DNA from: the human T2T-CHM13v2.0 reference genome, Homo sapiens
Strand: one strand, 5' to 3'
NCBI RefSeq assembly: GCF_009914755.1
Contig: NC_060939.1
Length of the DNA: 64,000 bases
This document shows positions 14,687-28,699 of the stretch, piece after piece. Each line of letters opens with the position of its first letter. Positions within the stretch are counted from its first letter, which is position 1. The notes under the pieces were generated by a model. That model saw nothing but the letters and a program-made list of their open reading frames with translations, did no database searches and was not told the origin of the DNA. The position numbers and the translations under genes are program-made.

Positions 14687-14869
14687 CTTTGGTGTCCTTG
14701 GTGGGGAAGGGAAATAAAAGTTGTATTTTGCCCATGTGGCACTGATTAAGAGTGAGGGAAAAGGGAGCGAGGGAAACTCTCCAGAGGGGAAGAACTACCT
14801 TGCTGCCTCCCAAAGTGAGTTTCTTCTCTTCACCTGAGCTTGTCAGGAGGCATCTCATCACCAGCTCAG
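14687..14869 (-). other. Candidate exon (183 nt) of a minus-strand non-coding transcript
   Basis: Acceptor gtccctgcctttccctgccag| and donor AAG|gtaagt on the minus strand; no transcript evidence available. Confidence 0.3.
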
Positions 14870-15332
14870 CTGGCAGGGAAAGGCAGGGACATGGTGAACC
14901 TTGCTAAGTGGGAATGCCTTTCCACACTGTGGTCATTCACATTCCAGCACATTTACCCTGTCTGGGAACCCGACGGTAGCAGAAACAATAACTAGTGTTC
15001 AAAAGAACAGTCTCCCAAGAACATCAGGGCTGTGTCAGAATTAACTATTTTTCCATTCATTTCTGTAAAAGCATATGTCCAGTTTAGATAGTTAAAATCG
15101 AAACAGCTAACCAAGTTGCTTAGATGAGGTACTTTCATAAAGGTCTCCAGAATTAAAGGGAAGAACTGGAACCATTTGGGCCCCATAGAATTACTGGTTC
15201 ATTTAATAGCCATCAGTCAAATGCCTACTATGTACCATATACACTGTGCTTGGCTCTAAGGATATAAGGATAAAGAAACCTTTGGTCTTGACTTTTCTTT
15301 GTTCATTAGCAGTCATAACAGTCATAGGATGA

Positions 15333-15648
<316 letters not shown>

Positions 15649-15794
15649 CAAAGTGGTTTTAAAATCTAATCTTTTTTTGAAGGTTCTCTCTTCTTAACAC
15701 CGAAGATTCTTCTTTTTGTATTAGATGTAATTATTTAGTAGAAAAATAATCTGAAGTTCACAAAAACCCTTTGGGAGCATCTCATAAAAGTGAA

Positions 15795-16147
15795 TGATAT
15801 GGTTTGGCTCTGTGTCCCCACCCAAATCTCATCTTGAATTGCAGCTCTCATAATTCCCATGTGTTGTGGGAGGGACCAGGTAGGAGATAATTGAATCATG
15901 AAGGGGGTTTCCCCCATACTGTTCTCATAGTAGTGTGTAAGTCTCATGAGATCTGATGGGTTTATAAGGGGTTTCCGCTTTTGCTTCTCTCTCATTCTGT
16001 CTTGCTGCTGCCATGTAAGAAGTGCCTTTCACCTTCCACCATGATTATGAGGACTCCCCAGCCACGTGGAACTGTGAGTCCATTAAACCTTTTTTTTCTT
16101 CCCAGTTGCATATGTCTTTATCAGTAGCGTGAAAACAGACTATTACA
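15795..16147 (+). mobile_element. THE1 (THE1A/B-like) MaLR solo LTR
   Basis: Termini tgatatggtttggc...gactattaca; perfect TSD GTGAA at 15790-15794 and 16148-16152. Confidence 0.93.
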
Positions 16148-16231
16148 GTGAATTTTCAGCATGTGTACTTTAAATGTTTAATATGTACCAAATTTTCATT
16201 AACATGACCAATGCCCACCAAAGCCACTCAC

Positions 16232-16323
16232 CTTCTTGGTAGATCATCTACTTCCTGGGTCTCTGTATCTCTAGGTCTAACCTGCTGAAGTATGCATGGA
16301 TGGCTAAAATGTTCTGACCTAGC
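16232..16323 (-). other. Candidate exon (92 nt) of a minus-strand non-coding transcript
   Basis: Acceptor cctatcttttcag|g and consensus donor AAG|gtgagt on the minus strand. Confidence 0.35.
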
Positions 16324-16649
16324 CTGAAAAGATAGGACACTGGATAGCAGGTACTGTAGATTCATATTCAACACGTTCTGGACTTCTAGCCTGATTGACA
16401 CTGGCTTTCTGAGTGCTTCCTGACAGCACTATTTTGTCAATAAGATTTCCATCAGGCCTTCTTTATTTTCTATTAAGTAACAATAGTATAAATAGACTGA
16501 ACTCTTCGTTGAGAGTTTGATAAAGGAAAGGAAATTCCAGATTAGCCATAGGGGAGAAAAAGAAGAAAGTCTTTGAGCATTGATTGTTTGGATACCTAGT
16601 TTAGCACAATGCTGGTTTTATTACAAATCTATTAATTCCTAAATACTAA

Positions 16650-16860
16650 TACAGCTCAGTGGTTAAGAGAATGGATTTTAGAACATAGCAGGGATTGGCT
16701 TGAATTGTGGCACTCACTGGGAACTTGTTTTGTGATATTCAGTAAGCTGGTTGGCCTCCCCAAACCTTCATTTCTCCTAAGGAAAACAGGAATATTAATG
16801 CCTACTTCATAGGGTTACATTGAAGATTAATAAATACTTTATTTTAAAAATACTTAATGA
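16650..16860 (+). mobile_element. MIR
   Basis: cagtggttaagagaatggattttaga...aatgcctacttcatagggttacattgaagattaa, matching the MIR core. Confidence 0.7.
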
Positions 16861-18339
16861 AAATGTCAGATTCAACAATCCTTTGCTTATTTTCTGTAAT
16901 TATTTTAAGTATATTAAGTAGTGGTTGACCTTAGCTTTAAGCAGGACTGGGCCATTTGTGGATTTCTGGTTGTCTCTTAGCTGTAAACACTCTATATGCT
17001 TTTGAAGATTCAGTGTCTTCCAGAGCCAACAGAGAGAATATATATTCTAGGGAAGAGGTGGACGTTTCTTGGCCTCAAACTCCTTGACTTTAACACTGAT
17101 CTCTCCCTCTGGTATAAGGCCACAGAACCTCTTCTCATCTTGCTTGCCTCCTGGATCCAGACCTCTGATTTATTTTGGACCCCAAGCCCACTGGAACTCT
17201 AATCTCAGCCAACTGGCCCCATTCCCAGATGCAGCCTGGAATACTTTGCCCTTCTGCTGCTTGGGCATAACCTACATTCTGAGCAGAAATTAATTTATAT
17301 TACTTCAATTTTGACTTTCTTCTTAGCAAGAGGCTTCTTCATGAGTCTTATAGTCTTATGTTCCATGAGAAGGTAACTAGGTGGATAGATCACCAGATTT
17401 TTGTTTCCAAGTTTTAAGAAAGATTATACATGATTTGCTCAATGGATAAGTTGCATTGGAACTACTGATTTTAACAGTAGGCTTTTAAAGTAAAGACATT
17501 GTGGCTAAACAAACTCTAAGGCTGTGAGACAAAAGACCTAGGTTTAATATCTACATTCACTGCAGATTCAACACAGAGCAGTAAGAGTTAACAGATATCT
17601 ATTATATCTAAGGTCTCCTATCACCAAAACAGAAATTTTACCCAGTAAGGTGCCTGGCACATAGCAAATACTTATTAATATTGGTGGAATTAATACATAA
17701 ATGACAGCAAGAGATGAAAAGATGGTACAATTCAGTATTACTATTATTCCAAGTTCTTCTCTTGGTCATCATCTTTATCTTTTCATTAGTGAGTGGTTTT
17801 ATGGCTTCTCCTGTTAAACTTCAATACTATACAACCCCTCTCCCTCAGAAAAACCCCGATCAGAGAAAATGTAAAGTTTCTAAAGGAAAGCGTGCTACTT
17901 AATTTTATTTTCTTCCTCTTGCTATCTTTACAAATGTATTTTCTTTTGAAATTGAAAATAAAAGGTTATATTTTGAATTTCAAAAGTTTTATACATATAT
18001 AGTATACACACATATATATGTGTATATATCTATGGTTTTAAGTAAATAGAATTCTTTCATTTTTCCTCTTGAGTTGTCTGAGAGGACAACCCTATGTGTT
18101 TTTACTCAAAGCCATGTAACTTGGGGGACAGTAGGAGAGAGGGACCCAGCAACTCAAGGTTCTGATCATGCGACAGTAAGCACGACATGCTCCCTATGGC
18201 CATGCTGGGTATGTTAAGGTAAGTTTGCTTCTTTGTGAATAAAGGGTCAGATAAAATAGGGTTCATGCCTGAGGAACACAATAGATGGTCAGGCTGACAG
18301 TTGAGAAGAGCTGGGTCTTTGCAGACAATTTGAGAGCAT

Positions 18340-18983
18340 CTCAGAGTTGCTCAGGGCTTCACTTTCAATGGCTTGGCTCTTGAGCACAGCCCCTCATCTG
18401 GCTGGCAGGTCAGTCCTCACACACTCAAGATGCTTTTCAGCTCACAGAATTGTGTCCTGTCAACTCAGTGCTGTGATTCTTTTCCAGGTGGGCTTCTCCA
18501 TGGGGGACTTGGGATTCCTCACAACATGGCAGCTGTGGCCTAAAAGAGCAAGCCCTAAAAAAGCAAGTCAGAGTGCTTGGCCTTTATGACCCAAACCCAG
18601 AAGTCACATAGTGTCACTCAACTAGTAAATGCAGTAAGAGGTTTAAGAGAAGGGGACATGAGCCAGTACGGTGGCTCAGGCCTGTAATCCCAGCAGTTTG
18701 GGAGGCCAAACGTAGCGTGAGCCTGTGGTCACAGCTACTTGAAAGACTGAGATGGAAGGATCACTTAAGCTTGGAAAGTGAAGGCAACAGTGAGCTATGA
18801 TAGCATCATTGTACTCCAGCCTGGGAGACAGAGCAAAACCCTGTCTCAAACAAACAACGACGAAAACAACAAGAAAAGAGGCCACAGATTCTACTTCTCA
18901 ACTGGGGAGTGACAAACTTCGAGAAGTACTTGTGGGATAGAAGATATTGCTGTGACCATCTAGGGAACATAGTATGTGTCACA
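18340..18983 (-). mobile_element. Old MLT1 (G/H/I-like) LTR interrupted by an Alu
   Basis: gggattcctcacaacatggcagctg; cctttatgacccaaacccagaagtcaca; gtgggatagaagatattgctgtgaccatct. Confidence 0.6.
18660..18877 (+). mobile_element. AluJ with internal deletion (left-arm start fused to right arm)
   Basis: ggtggctcaggcctgtaatcccagca...ggaggcc jumps directly to gtgagcctgtggtcacagctac. Confidence 0.8.
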
Positions 18984-20075
18984 GTAATTATCGTGATTTA
19001 CATCTAGAAGAGCTTATGGAAAAAACATTCTTGGCTTTTATACTACTGGAATCAGCAACTGAAGCTGGCCCCCTCATACTAAAACATAGAGACATTGATT
19101 AGGGTGGTCCAAACCCTTCCCTCTCAGGTATTCCTGGTCTCAAAAAAAAAAAAAAAAAAAGGTAGGAAGAATGTTTTCTGCAAGCGTTAGACAGTAGTGG
19201 CTTTGAAAACATAAACGCTACCTTTCAGCTGGCCCTTAGGGTATGTTTACAAGACTGGGCAAGCCTACCTAAAGCCACATGAAAAGTTATCCTTAAGCAA
19301 TTTCTCCAGTTTAAAAAAAAGAGAGTTTTGAACGTTTGTGACATATGGCCATTCGGTGTTCTCTTGAGATGATTTTTAATTTTCTCTTGTCAAACAATTA
19401 CATTTGAGTAGTTCAGCTTGGAATGAAATATGCAGAATTTAAAGAGGGTTTTGCATCATTCATACTGTCTCAGTGTTATTAATGTCAGGAAATGAGGCCT
19501 GCATTAGTCTGTATCAGTCAGAGCTCTTAATTGCCAGCAATAGATACCATCAGTGGCTGTTTTAAACATTGGAGGGATTCCTTGACAGAATGTTGAGTAA
19601 TTCACAGAATTTCTGAGAAGGCTGTAGAATCCAGCTTAGGAAACTGAGAAAAAGAGAGGCTGGACAACAGTGAGGAGCACAGCTTCTGTCAAGCCCTGAC
19701 ATTAGGGTGGTAAGGACGCTGACGCTGTCTCCGCTGAGTGGAGGAGGACATGGCAACCCCGCACTGCAGTCAGTTACCAGCCTCATTACAAATATTGGTC
19801 CCACCCAGGAAACTGGATTTTGCCATCACCATAATCACTACCACCAGAGTAGGTTCTCCCCAGTCCCTGGATTACCAGCTCTGGATCCAGAGTATTGGGC
19901 AGATCCATTTCATTTGTCAAGTCTAGGCTCTGAGAGAAAAGTTGGTAAAGTAAGCATGTAGCCTTTTCAGGTTATTTTAGAGAGAGGTATGTTCTCTTTT
20001 ATGCAGATCTTGCAATGGGGATTTCTTAAATAAAGAAATGATAGAAATACTCTTGACAGAAAAAAAAAAGATAGC

Positions 20076-20633
20076 TGTATTAGTCAAGATTCTCTAGAGG
20101 AACAGAATTAATAGGATATATGTATATATGAAAGGAAGTTTATCAAGGAGGATTGACTCACATGATCACAAGGTAAAGTCCCCATGATAGGCTGTCTGCA
20201 AGTTGAGGAGCAAGGAAGCCAGCGGTAGATCAGTCCAGTCCCCAAACCTCAAAAGTAGGGAAGCTGACAGTGCAGCCTTCAGTCTGTGGCCAAAGGCCCA
20301 AGATCCCCTGGCAAACCACTGGTGTAAGTCCAAGAGTCAAAAAGCTGAAGAATTAAGTCTGATATTTGAGGGCATGAAGCATCCAGCACAGGAGAAAGAT
20401 GAAGCCCAGAAGACTCAGCAAGTCGAGTCCTTCCACTTTCTTCTCCCTGCTTTATTCTAGCTGTGCTGGCAGCTGATTAGATGGCGCCCACCCAGATTGA
20501 GGGTGGATCTGCCTCTCCCAGTCCACTGACTCAAATGTTAATGTCCTTTGGCAACATCCTTACAGACACACCCAGATACAATACTTTGCATTCTTCAGTC
20601 CAATCAAGTTGACACCCAATATGAACCATCACA
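20076..20633 (-). mobile_element. MLT2A2-like ERVL solo LTR
   Basis: Termini tgtattagtcaagattctctagagg...aatatgaaccatcaca; perfect TSD ATAGC at 20071-20075 and 20634-20638. Confidence 0.93.
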
Positions 20634-20694
20634 ATAGCTATCCATTAGAATATTTTTTTTAACTGAGGTACTATGTGTAATTCAAGAAAACGAC

Positions 20695-21070
20695 ATCAGT
20701 CAGAATGGGCTAGTTAGTGCCATAGTAACAAGCACTCCCAAATCTTAGCATTTTAAACAAGAAATGTTTATTTATCACTCATTATACAAATCCACTGAAG
20801 GTTGGCCATGTGCATATGTCATATCATTCTCACTCCTGAATGGAGGCTTGGTGTAGCCTGCAGCATTTGGAACAGTGTAGGTTGAAATAGCAAAACAAAA
20901 GAAAGTGTGGTGAGTTGGATGCTGCCCTTTAAAGGCTTCCAGAAGTGTCACTTTTCCTCCCATTTTATGTCAGGAAATGAAACAGTGCAAATGGTTGTTA
21001 CCAATTTCAAAAAGACAGACAAATGCAACCCTATCGTAGAAAGGATGGGGCTCTAGGGACTACCCTGCCT
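20695..21070 (-). mobile_element. Old MLT1J-like LTR fragment
   Basis: atcagtcagaatgggctagttagtgccatagtaacaagcactcccaaatcttagc...tttatttatcactcat. Confidence 0.55.
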
Positions 21071-21646
21071 GTCTTTCTGGCCACCAAAATTTAGCTACAT
21101 GGTAGGCAATCTATTCCTTCCACTCTAAAGGAAGACAATCCAAAACCCTATCCCCGGTCCAGGGTCTCTTGTTGGCTTGTCACAGCCTTTTCATGGGGGA
21201 GGAGAGGGACCCGTGGTAGTCTTGTAAGCTGAAATGTGTTTTTTCTCCACCCAGACATGAACTAAAAAGACATATCTTTCCCTGGCACCAACATCCAATG
21301 TCATGAAAGTACAGTACAACCACAATAAATCACTAGGTTAGAAAAGGGGAAGGATGGTGACACAACCAAGATTGAAATTCTTCTGGGAAGGTATCCTTGA
21401 GTGCCTTCGTTGGGTGCTAATATCACTCGTTGATGCTGTTTCTCTTTTCTGTGGTGCTCTGTGGACCTTGTCCTCCCCCTCTGGGATTCCTTTTCTTTTC
21501 TTTATTCTTGTTGACCACGTTTGAAATAGATGTTGAGGTTCTTGCTCTCCCTGGAGGCTGGGCAGCCTTCTTAGCCCACTTCTGACCCATAAATGCCCAA
21601 GGTTCAAGCTTCTTTTTAGGTATCAAATATTTACAATCTGATCTCT

Positions 21647-23290
21647 TTTTAAAAATTAAACATTTTATTTTGAAATACTTGTAGATTCACACACAATGGC
21701 AAGAAACAATATGGAGAGATCCCGTGTACACTTCTCCACCCAGTTTTCTCTGATGGTAACACATTGCAGTTCTAATAGAATACTATGCCATCATACAATA
21801 CAATAATGAAGAATTGGACATTTGTATAATCATTAATCTAATTTAGATTTCACCAGTTTTACATGTACTCCTGTGTAGGTGCCTGTGTGTTTGTGTGTGT
21901 GTTTTATATTCAGTTCTGTGTGATTTTATCATGGGAGTATTTCTGTATAACACCACTACAGTCAAGATTAGGACAGGTTCCAACATTTCCCGGATCCTTC
22001 ATGCTGCCGTTTTGTAACTGCAACCCCAGTCCCTAACCTCTGAGAACAACTAATCTGTGTTCCATTTGTATACTTTTATCATTTTGAGAATATTATGTAA
22101 AGTAAGTTATACAGTATGCAACCCTTTGGAATTGACATTTTTCACTTACCGTTAAGTGTCTTGGGATTCATCCAAGTTGCTTCATGCATCAGTTATGTGT
22201 TCTTTTTTATTGCTAAGTTGTATTCCATAGTCTGGATGAGCTATAGTTTTTAACCATTTACCTATGTTTTCAGTTAGGGGTTATTATACAGCAGTTGTGA
22301 ACACTCATATTTTTTATATGAAGCTACGTATTCATTACCTAGGATAAATACCCAAGAGTGCAATTGCTGGGCCATACGCTAATTAAATATTTAGTTTTGA
22401 AAGAAACTACCAGCTGGGTGCGGTGGCTCATGACTGTGATCCCAGCACTTTGGGAGGCCAAGGAGGGCAGATCATGAGGTCAGGAGTTCGAGACCAGCCT
22501 GGCCAACATAATGAAACCCCGCCTCTACTAAAAGTACAAAAAATTAGCCAGCCATGATGGTGGGTGCCTGTAATCCCAGCTACTCAGGAGGCTGAGGGAG
22601 GAGAATCGCTTGAACTTGGGAGGCAGAAGTTGCAGTGAGTTGAGATCATGTCACTGCACTCCAGCCCAGGCAACAGTGTGAGACTCCATCTCAAAAAACA
22701 AACAAACAAACAAAATAGAAAAGAAAAATAAACTAACAATCTTTGGTTATAGTACTTTGCATTGCCACCAGCAGTGTTTGAATAATCCAGTTGGTCTGCA
22801 TCCTCACCAGCATTTGGTCTTTCACTACTTTTTATTTTAGCCACTCTGTAAGGTGTGTAGTGATATCTTATTGTGATTTTAATTTGCATTTTCCTGCTGA
22901 GTAATGACATTAAATACCTTTTTATGCTTATTTGCCATCTGTGTATCCTCTTCAGTGAAATATCTTTGTCTTTTGCCCATTTTCTAATTTGATTGTTTAG
23001 TTTCAGATTACTCACTTCTGAGATTCCTTTATGTATTCTGACTACTAATCTTTTGTTGAATATGTGATTTATAAATATTTTCTCCCAGTCTCTAGCTCGT
23101 CTTTTTATCCTTTTACCATAGAGTCTTTCATGGAGTTAAAGTTTTAAATTGTGATGAGGTCCGTTTTATCAATTTTTCCTGTTATGGTTCATGTTTCAGC
23201 ATCAAATATAAGAACTTAACCTGAAGATTTATTTTTCTCCTATGTATTATCTTAAAAACATTATGGTTTTATATTTTATTAAAGTATCTT
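21647..23290 (-). mobile_element. L1MC/L1MB-type 3' region, antisense, interrupted by AluS
   Basis: ttttattttgaaatacttgtagattcaca...; ttttaatttgcattttcctg; antisense ORF2 C-terminus (minus ORF at 22584 reads IRKWAKD...MQIKITIRYHYTP). Confidence 0.85.
22412..22728 (+). mobile_element. AluS (Sg-like)
   Basis: Full dimer with gatcatgaggtcaggagttcgagaccagcctggcc; (AAAC)n tail. Confidence 0.92.
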
Positions 23291-23509
23291 TTAATTCAAA
23301 GTGGTAGATCATTTGTTCTTAGTGTAACTCACTCAAAACTTTATTAGTTTTCTTAACTTTTTGATTTCATTTAGTACCATACACCAGTAGCTGTATGAAT
23401 AGTGTTTGACATATAATTCCCACATTTGCAGGTTTCTTGGAATCTCATTTCTATCCCTCTCTCTGTCTCTTACTCTGTCTCTCTCTCTTTTTCCAACACT
23501 TATTTAATA

Positions 23510-23720
23510 AAAACCCTCTGCTAATCACTGTAGTGAATGCATGCTGTGCTAGGTACTTGTCATTTAATATCCACAACCAGCCTGTGGAAAATAAGCTATT
23601 TTAATTACTTCCAATTTTTTTAAGGAAGAGAAATGGAGACAGAGTTTTAAGAACTTGCTTTGAACATAAAACTAGCAAGTAGGAAGGCAGGATACAGACT
23701 CAGCCTGATTTCAGAGCTCC
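23510..23720 (-). mobile_element. MIR
   Basis: tcatttaatatccacaaccagcctgtg...gaagagaaatggagacagag...aacttgc. Confidence 0.6.
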
Positions 23721-23741
23721 CCTCTCCTGTCCTGAACTGGA

Positions 23742-24180
23742 ATATATAATAACATATTATAGGTATATTATAGATAGATATATTATAATAATACCTATTA
23801 TTATTATAGATATTAATATCTATTGTTAATAATACCTATCTATATTATAATCAACCTTATTATCATGTTATTATAATATACCTTACTATAGATAGGTATT
23901 ATTGGGTATTACTAATAACATTGTTAATAATTAATACTTATTAATATGTATTAATAGCTATTAATAACACCTATCTATATTATAATATACCTTATTATTA
24001 GGTATATTATTATGATATACATTATAGATAAGTATTATTATAATACCTATTATAATAGGTATTTGTAATGTTTTATTTACAAATATCACTGAATTGTATA
24101 ATAGATAGGCATTACTATACCTATCTATAATAAGATAAATTATACAGTTCAGTGATATTTGTAAACAAAACATTACAAAA
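23742..24180. repeat. AT-rich low-complexity tract ending in a 41-bp-arm inverted repeat
   Basis: Units taataggtat/atacctatta and tagatagg/cctatcta occur in both orientations; arms 24062-24102 and 24139-24179. Confidence 0.9.
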
Positions 24181-24825
24181 CCAAAGGTAAACAGAAAAGG
24201 CAGATTATAATGTTATCACTCTAGTGGTTTTTCAGATAACTTTTTCTTGTTGTTTACTAAGGTTAATTATAGCCCTTTATTGAGGGGGTGCTACAGGAAA
24301 ATTTCTAAGGCAGGCATGTCTAAAATACTCCCACCTTTCCTACATGAACACAGTGTTAATATAATATATTCTCAGAGCTCTGCAACATAACTTGAAACTG
24401 AAGTGCCAGGAAGAATGAAAAATAGCAAAGAGTGACAATATACTGCGTCAGTGCTTACAGTTATGGGCTTTTAATATCTGCATCATTGAACTGCTACATG
24501 GATGATGTATCAAGCCTGCGAGTGGTGTGGCTCTGTGGGCTGGAGGGCCTTACTGCTTCCGCAGATACCTCAGTCCATGACGTTGACGGGAATAGTCCCA
24601 GGGAGACAGCCCACAGCAATTGGAGCCCACCGATCTTACAGGACAGAGTGCTGATCATCATGAGGCAGGACTTCTGTGCCACTCTGTTGAGTTAGTCCAA
24701 GTATTACATTATAGTAACATTATAAAACCAATTTTTAGGAACTTCTACATTTACTTTAAAAACAGAGCCATCTGGAGTGACTCTGTTTAGAGAGGCGCCC
24801 AGATGTTATAAAACTAGATGTTTCC

Positions 24826-25230
24826 AATTATATATATATATATGTATATGAAACGTGTAGTTTTATAACATACATATATATTTATATATACATATTATGT
24901 ATATATGTAAGTATATATGTATGTATATATATTTATGATATACATATTATGTATATATATGTATGTATATATGTATGTATATGTATTTATAATATACATA
25001 TGTATATTATACAATTGTATTTTATATATACATATATGTATGTAACATACATATATGTATATAACATATACACATATATATGTATATATAGTACAATTAT
25101 ATAATATACATAATATACATATGTATATAACATACATATATGTATGTATATATTATATATTAAATAATTGTATTATATATAATATAACATTATATATTAT
25201 ATATTATATATATTATGGGTAATATATACA
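24826..25230. repeat. (TA)n/(TATG)n low-complexity tract
   Basis: About 400 bp of TA, TATG and TACA units. Confidence 0.92.
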
Positions 25231-25518
<288 letters not shown>

Positions 25519-25558
25519 TAATATGCGTTTTTGAAGCCAGAGGATATCTTAAAGTTTA

Positions 25559-25728
<170 letters not shown>

Positions 25729-28699
25729 TCACTTCTCTTATCTTAAAACTGATCTTACAATTGCAACCAGAGTTTCCCTGCAAATGTAAACTGTAATCAG
25801 TTATTCAATTAATAATCTTTCCATTCAATTGACAAAAGGCATAAAAAAGATAAGAAAAATGTAAAGGAAGTACTGGTCCAAGTAACCCTACCTCAAGTTG
25901 AAACAAGCAAAAGTACAGGGCTGGTTCTGCTAACTGGGTGTAATGTATGTATTCTCCATGTTTCATGAGTGCAATAGCAAACTTGAAATATAGTTCACCT
26001 TCCTATCCAATTTGCATTCAGTCATTTTGTGGTCCCCTTTTCCAGACCCCATCCTTTATATTCTTTAGTGTTCAACCATCAGCGCTTCACCGTTGAAGAG
26101 ACATTACATCTTTTAGATATCACTATAGACAATAAGATATAAATGAGAGTTAATAATTGCCAAATGTGCCTATTTCCTTTTCCTATAAATTAGAGCATGC
26201 TTTCCTACTGAATTTTGCAAGAAGGAAAACAGACTCCCTCCTGCTGATGTGAGGAAGCAGTGCTAAATCTCCCTCAAGATTCACTTTGGCTTCTTACAGC
26301 TGTATGTTAGTACCTTTTTATATGCAATTTTACTTCATTTAGTCTTTAAGGTTGTGCCTGAGGTTAGTTTAAAAGGTTAGTTAAATGTTAATGGATGTTA
26401 ATGCTGCAATTAAATTGTTAAATCAATTGAAAACTGTGGCTCCATCTCTATCTGCGTCAGTGCCGGCCTGAGCTGCATTGGCGTATAAATTAAAAGCTGT
26501 AAATCTAGTGAAGTCTAATTAGAGACCAAATTTCTCATTTATCTTATTTTCACAGGACTGTAAGCACTGATAGATAATCAACGAAGGGCTAAAACTTTTT
26601 AACATTAAAAAACTATTTTATCTATTTCAGGATTCAGGTGACTGATTATAATTCAGATCCAATTACTGTAAAAGGTCATATGTGAAATGAAGTTCTTTCA
26701 GACACTCTAAGTTTTATTTTACAAGTTTGCATACAGCCCACTACCATCCTCATCCCCAAAAGCAAATATAAATACATTATTCAAGACTGACTTTAATGGT
26801 GTCTTCGAGTAACCTTGGTGCTAAACTGTGTGTTTAATAGACTACAGCATTAACTGGAAGGAGTAAAGATGGATTTCAATGCTTTGTGGGAGATTCTTCA
26901 GGAAGCAAAATTAAGCCTTCATGGGTGTCTAAGGTGACAATTGTTCATTGTTGTTTCAAATTGGCTGTTGCCATCTTGCTTTGCCCAATGTCTAAGAAGA
27001 ACACATGCATATAAAGCCTTCAAATGAAAGGATTTGTCAAGCTTAATCCTCTTCAGTTCGCTGTTGTAGAACTACTCTGTTGAAATTACTCTCCTGTGGC
27101 TCAAGCTTGGTTTCACTATATTTAATCAAACTACTTTAAAAAATATTCATTTTTCCTGTTCTACAAATTATGACACAATGATGTGATCCAACCACAGCTT
27201 TTGAAATACAAATGCTTACATGAATTAATGCTGACATGAATTTGCACCTTACGAGCAAAATAAAAAATTGTCTTGCTAAACGGTAGGGAGACTCATACGT
27301 TCTGTCTGGTTTGCAAAGCTGTTACTTTGTTGTTGTTATTACTGTAAAGATCTTATGAAAGTGATGTTTTCTGTGAATGCTAATTTCTTTAATAAAATAT
27401 TACAATAGGAGAACAAGTTATAAATGAGAATTCGACAAAAAGGCCTCGTTCCTGTAATGAAGACATAACCCATGCCCTTCTTGGTATTGTGAGTCAAGTT
27501 TCAGCATTGATTACACCACAGAAGAACATCACAAAGTGAATTGCTGAGCAGATTGAATGTTCTGAACTTTTTGCTTTTTTAATTTTGTCATGAATTCAGA
27601 TCTCCTAAAACTCTTGATCACAGACTCTGTAGGGAAAATGGCATGTTAGGTTGCTTGTCCCCTGAAGCAAATGAGAAAGATGTTCTATTTTTTTTTGCGC
27701 CCTTAAAGGAGCCCTGATTTCCTGACAGTGTGTTTGATTCTTTTTTGCAAGCATTCCAAGCTCAAGAACTAACTCAGTGTACCCAGCTTAACAAAAATCA
27801 GTCTGTATTCATGAATTTCTGGGCCTTTCAAGTGCAGTGGGCTGCAAGATCTTAACCAGGGACATTACACTTACATTGAAATAGTGCAGATGGTTTTCCA
27901 CTTAAGTACCTGGCAGGGAACGTGGAGCCTATCCCTCTCTTTCTGTTTCCTTAGTTGAGTAGCAAAACCAATAGCAAAAGACACTATTTTGGCTTTATTT
28001 TGGGCTATCACTCTACTTGTAGAAAGACCCTGGGGAATTCCTGAGTAGAAAAACTAGGATGAGATCACAGAGTTCCCTGGTCACCGATCTTCTGGGAATA
28101 AGAGTTTTCATATTCAACTGTTGACAAGCAACTATCCGCAGTGACTAGACAGACACCTAAGGCTTTCTGCTTTAACAATCTCTGAGAGTGCTCTGAGGCT
28201 GAAACTTAAATTCTGCTGTTAAAAATAGGTTCTTTTGAATTACAAATTTCTTTCCCTACACAAATACAAACATCTTTTAAATTCAACAAGCTACTCTCAC
28301 TCATAGTGTGTCAACATGAAGCTGCCTCAGATCTTGTTGAAGGTCTGGTGGAGGGCATGGGTGAGGGTGATTTTCTTGGAGGGTGGAGGGGTGGGGTCTG
28401 GGCAAGGATCACTCCCCCATTGGAGGAGGCAGGACAGAGCAGCACTTCAAAGCCTCAGCTCAGAAGGCAACAAGCAACTAAACTTAAACCTGTCTCCTCC
28501 ACATATGTTCTTTGGTGTCGGCAAGTCTCTCAACCTTCCTTAACTGGCATTTTCTCCTCTTTTTCTTATCCATCCATATTCTCATGACTTTATATCATAT
28601 TTGATTGCAGGAAACCAGTAAGTTTTTTTTTTTTTAAGTTTTGATCTGACCCATGATCCCCAAACTCCTATATCCAAAAGTTCTATCCACATCTCTCCT

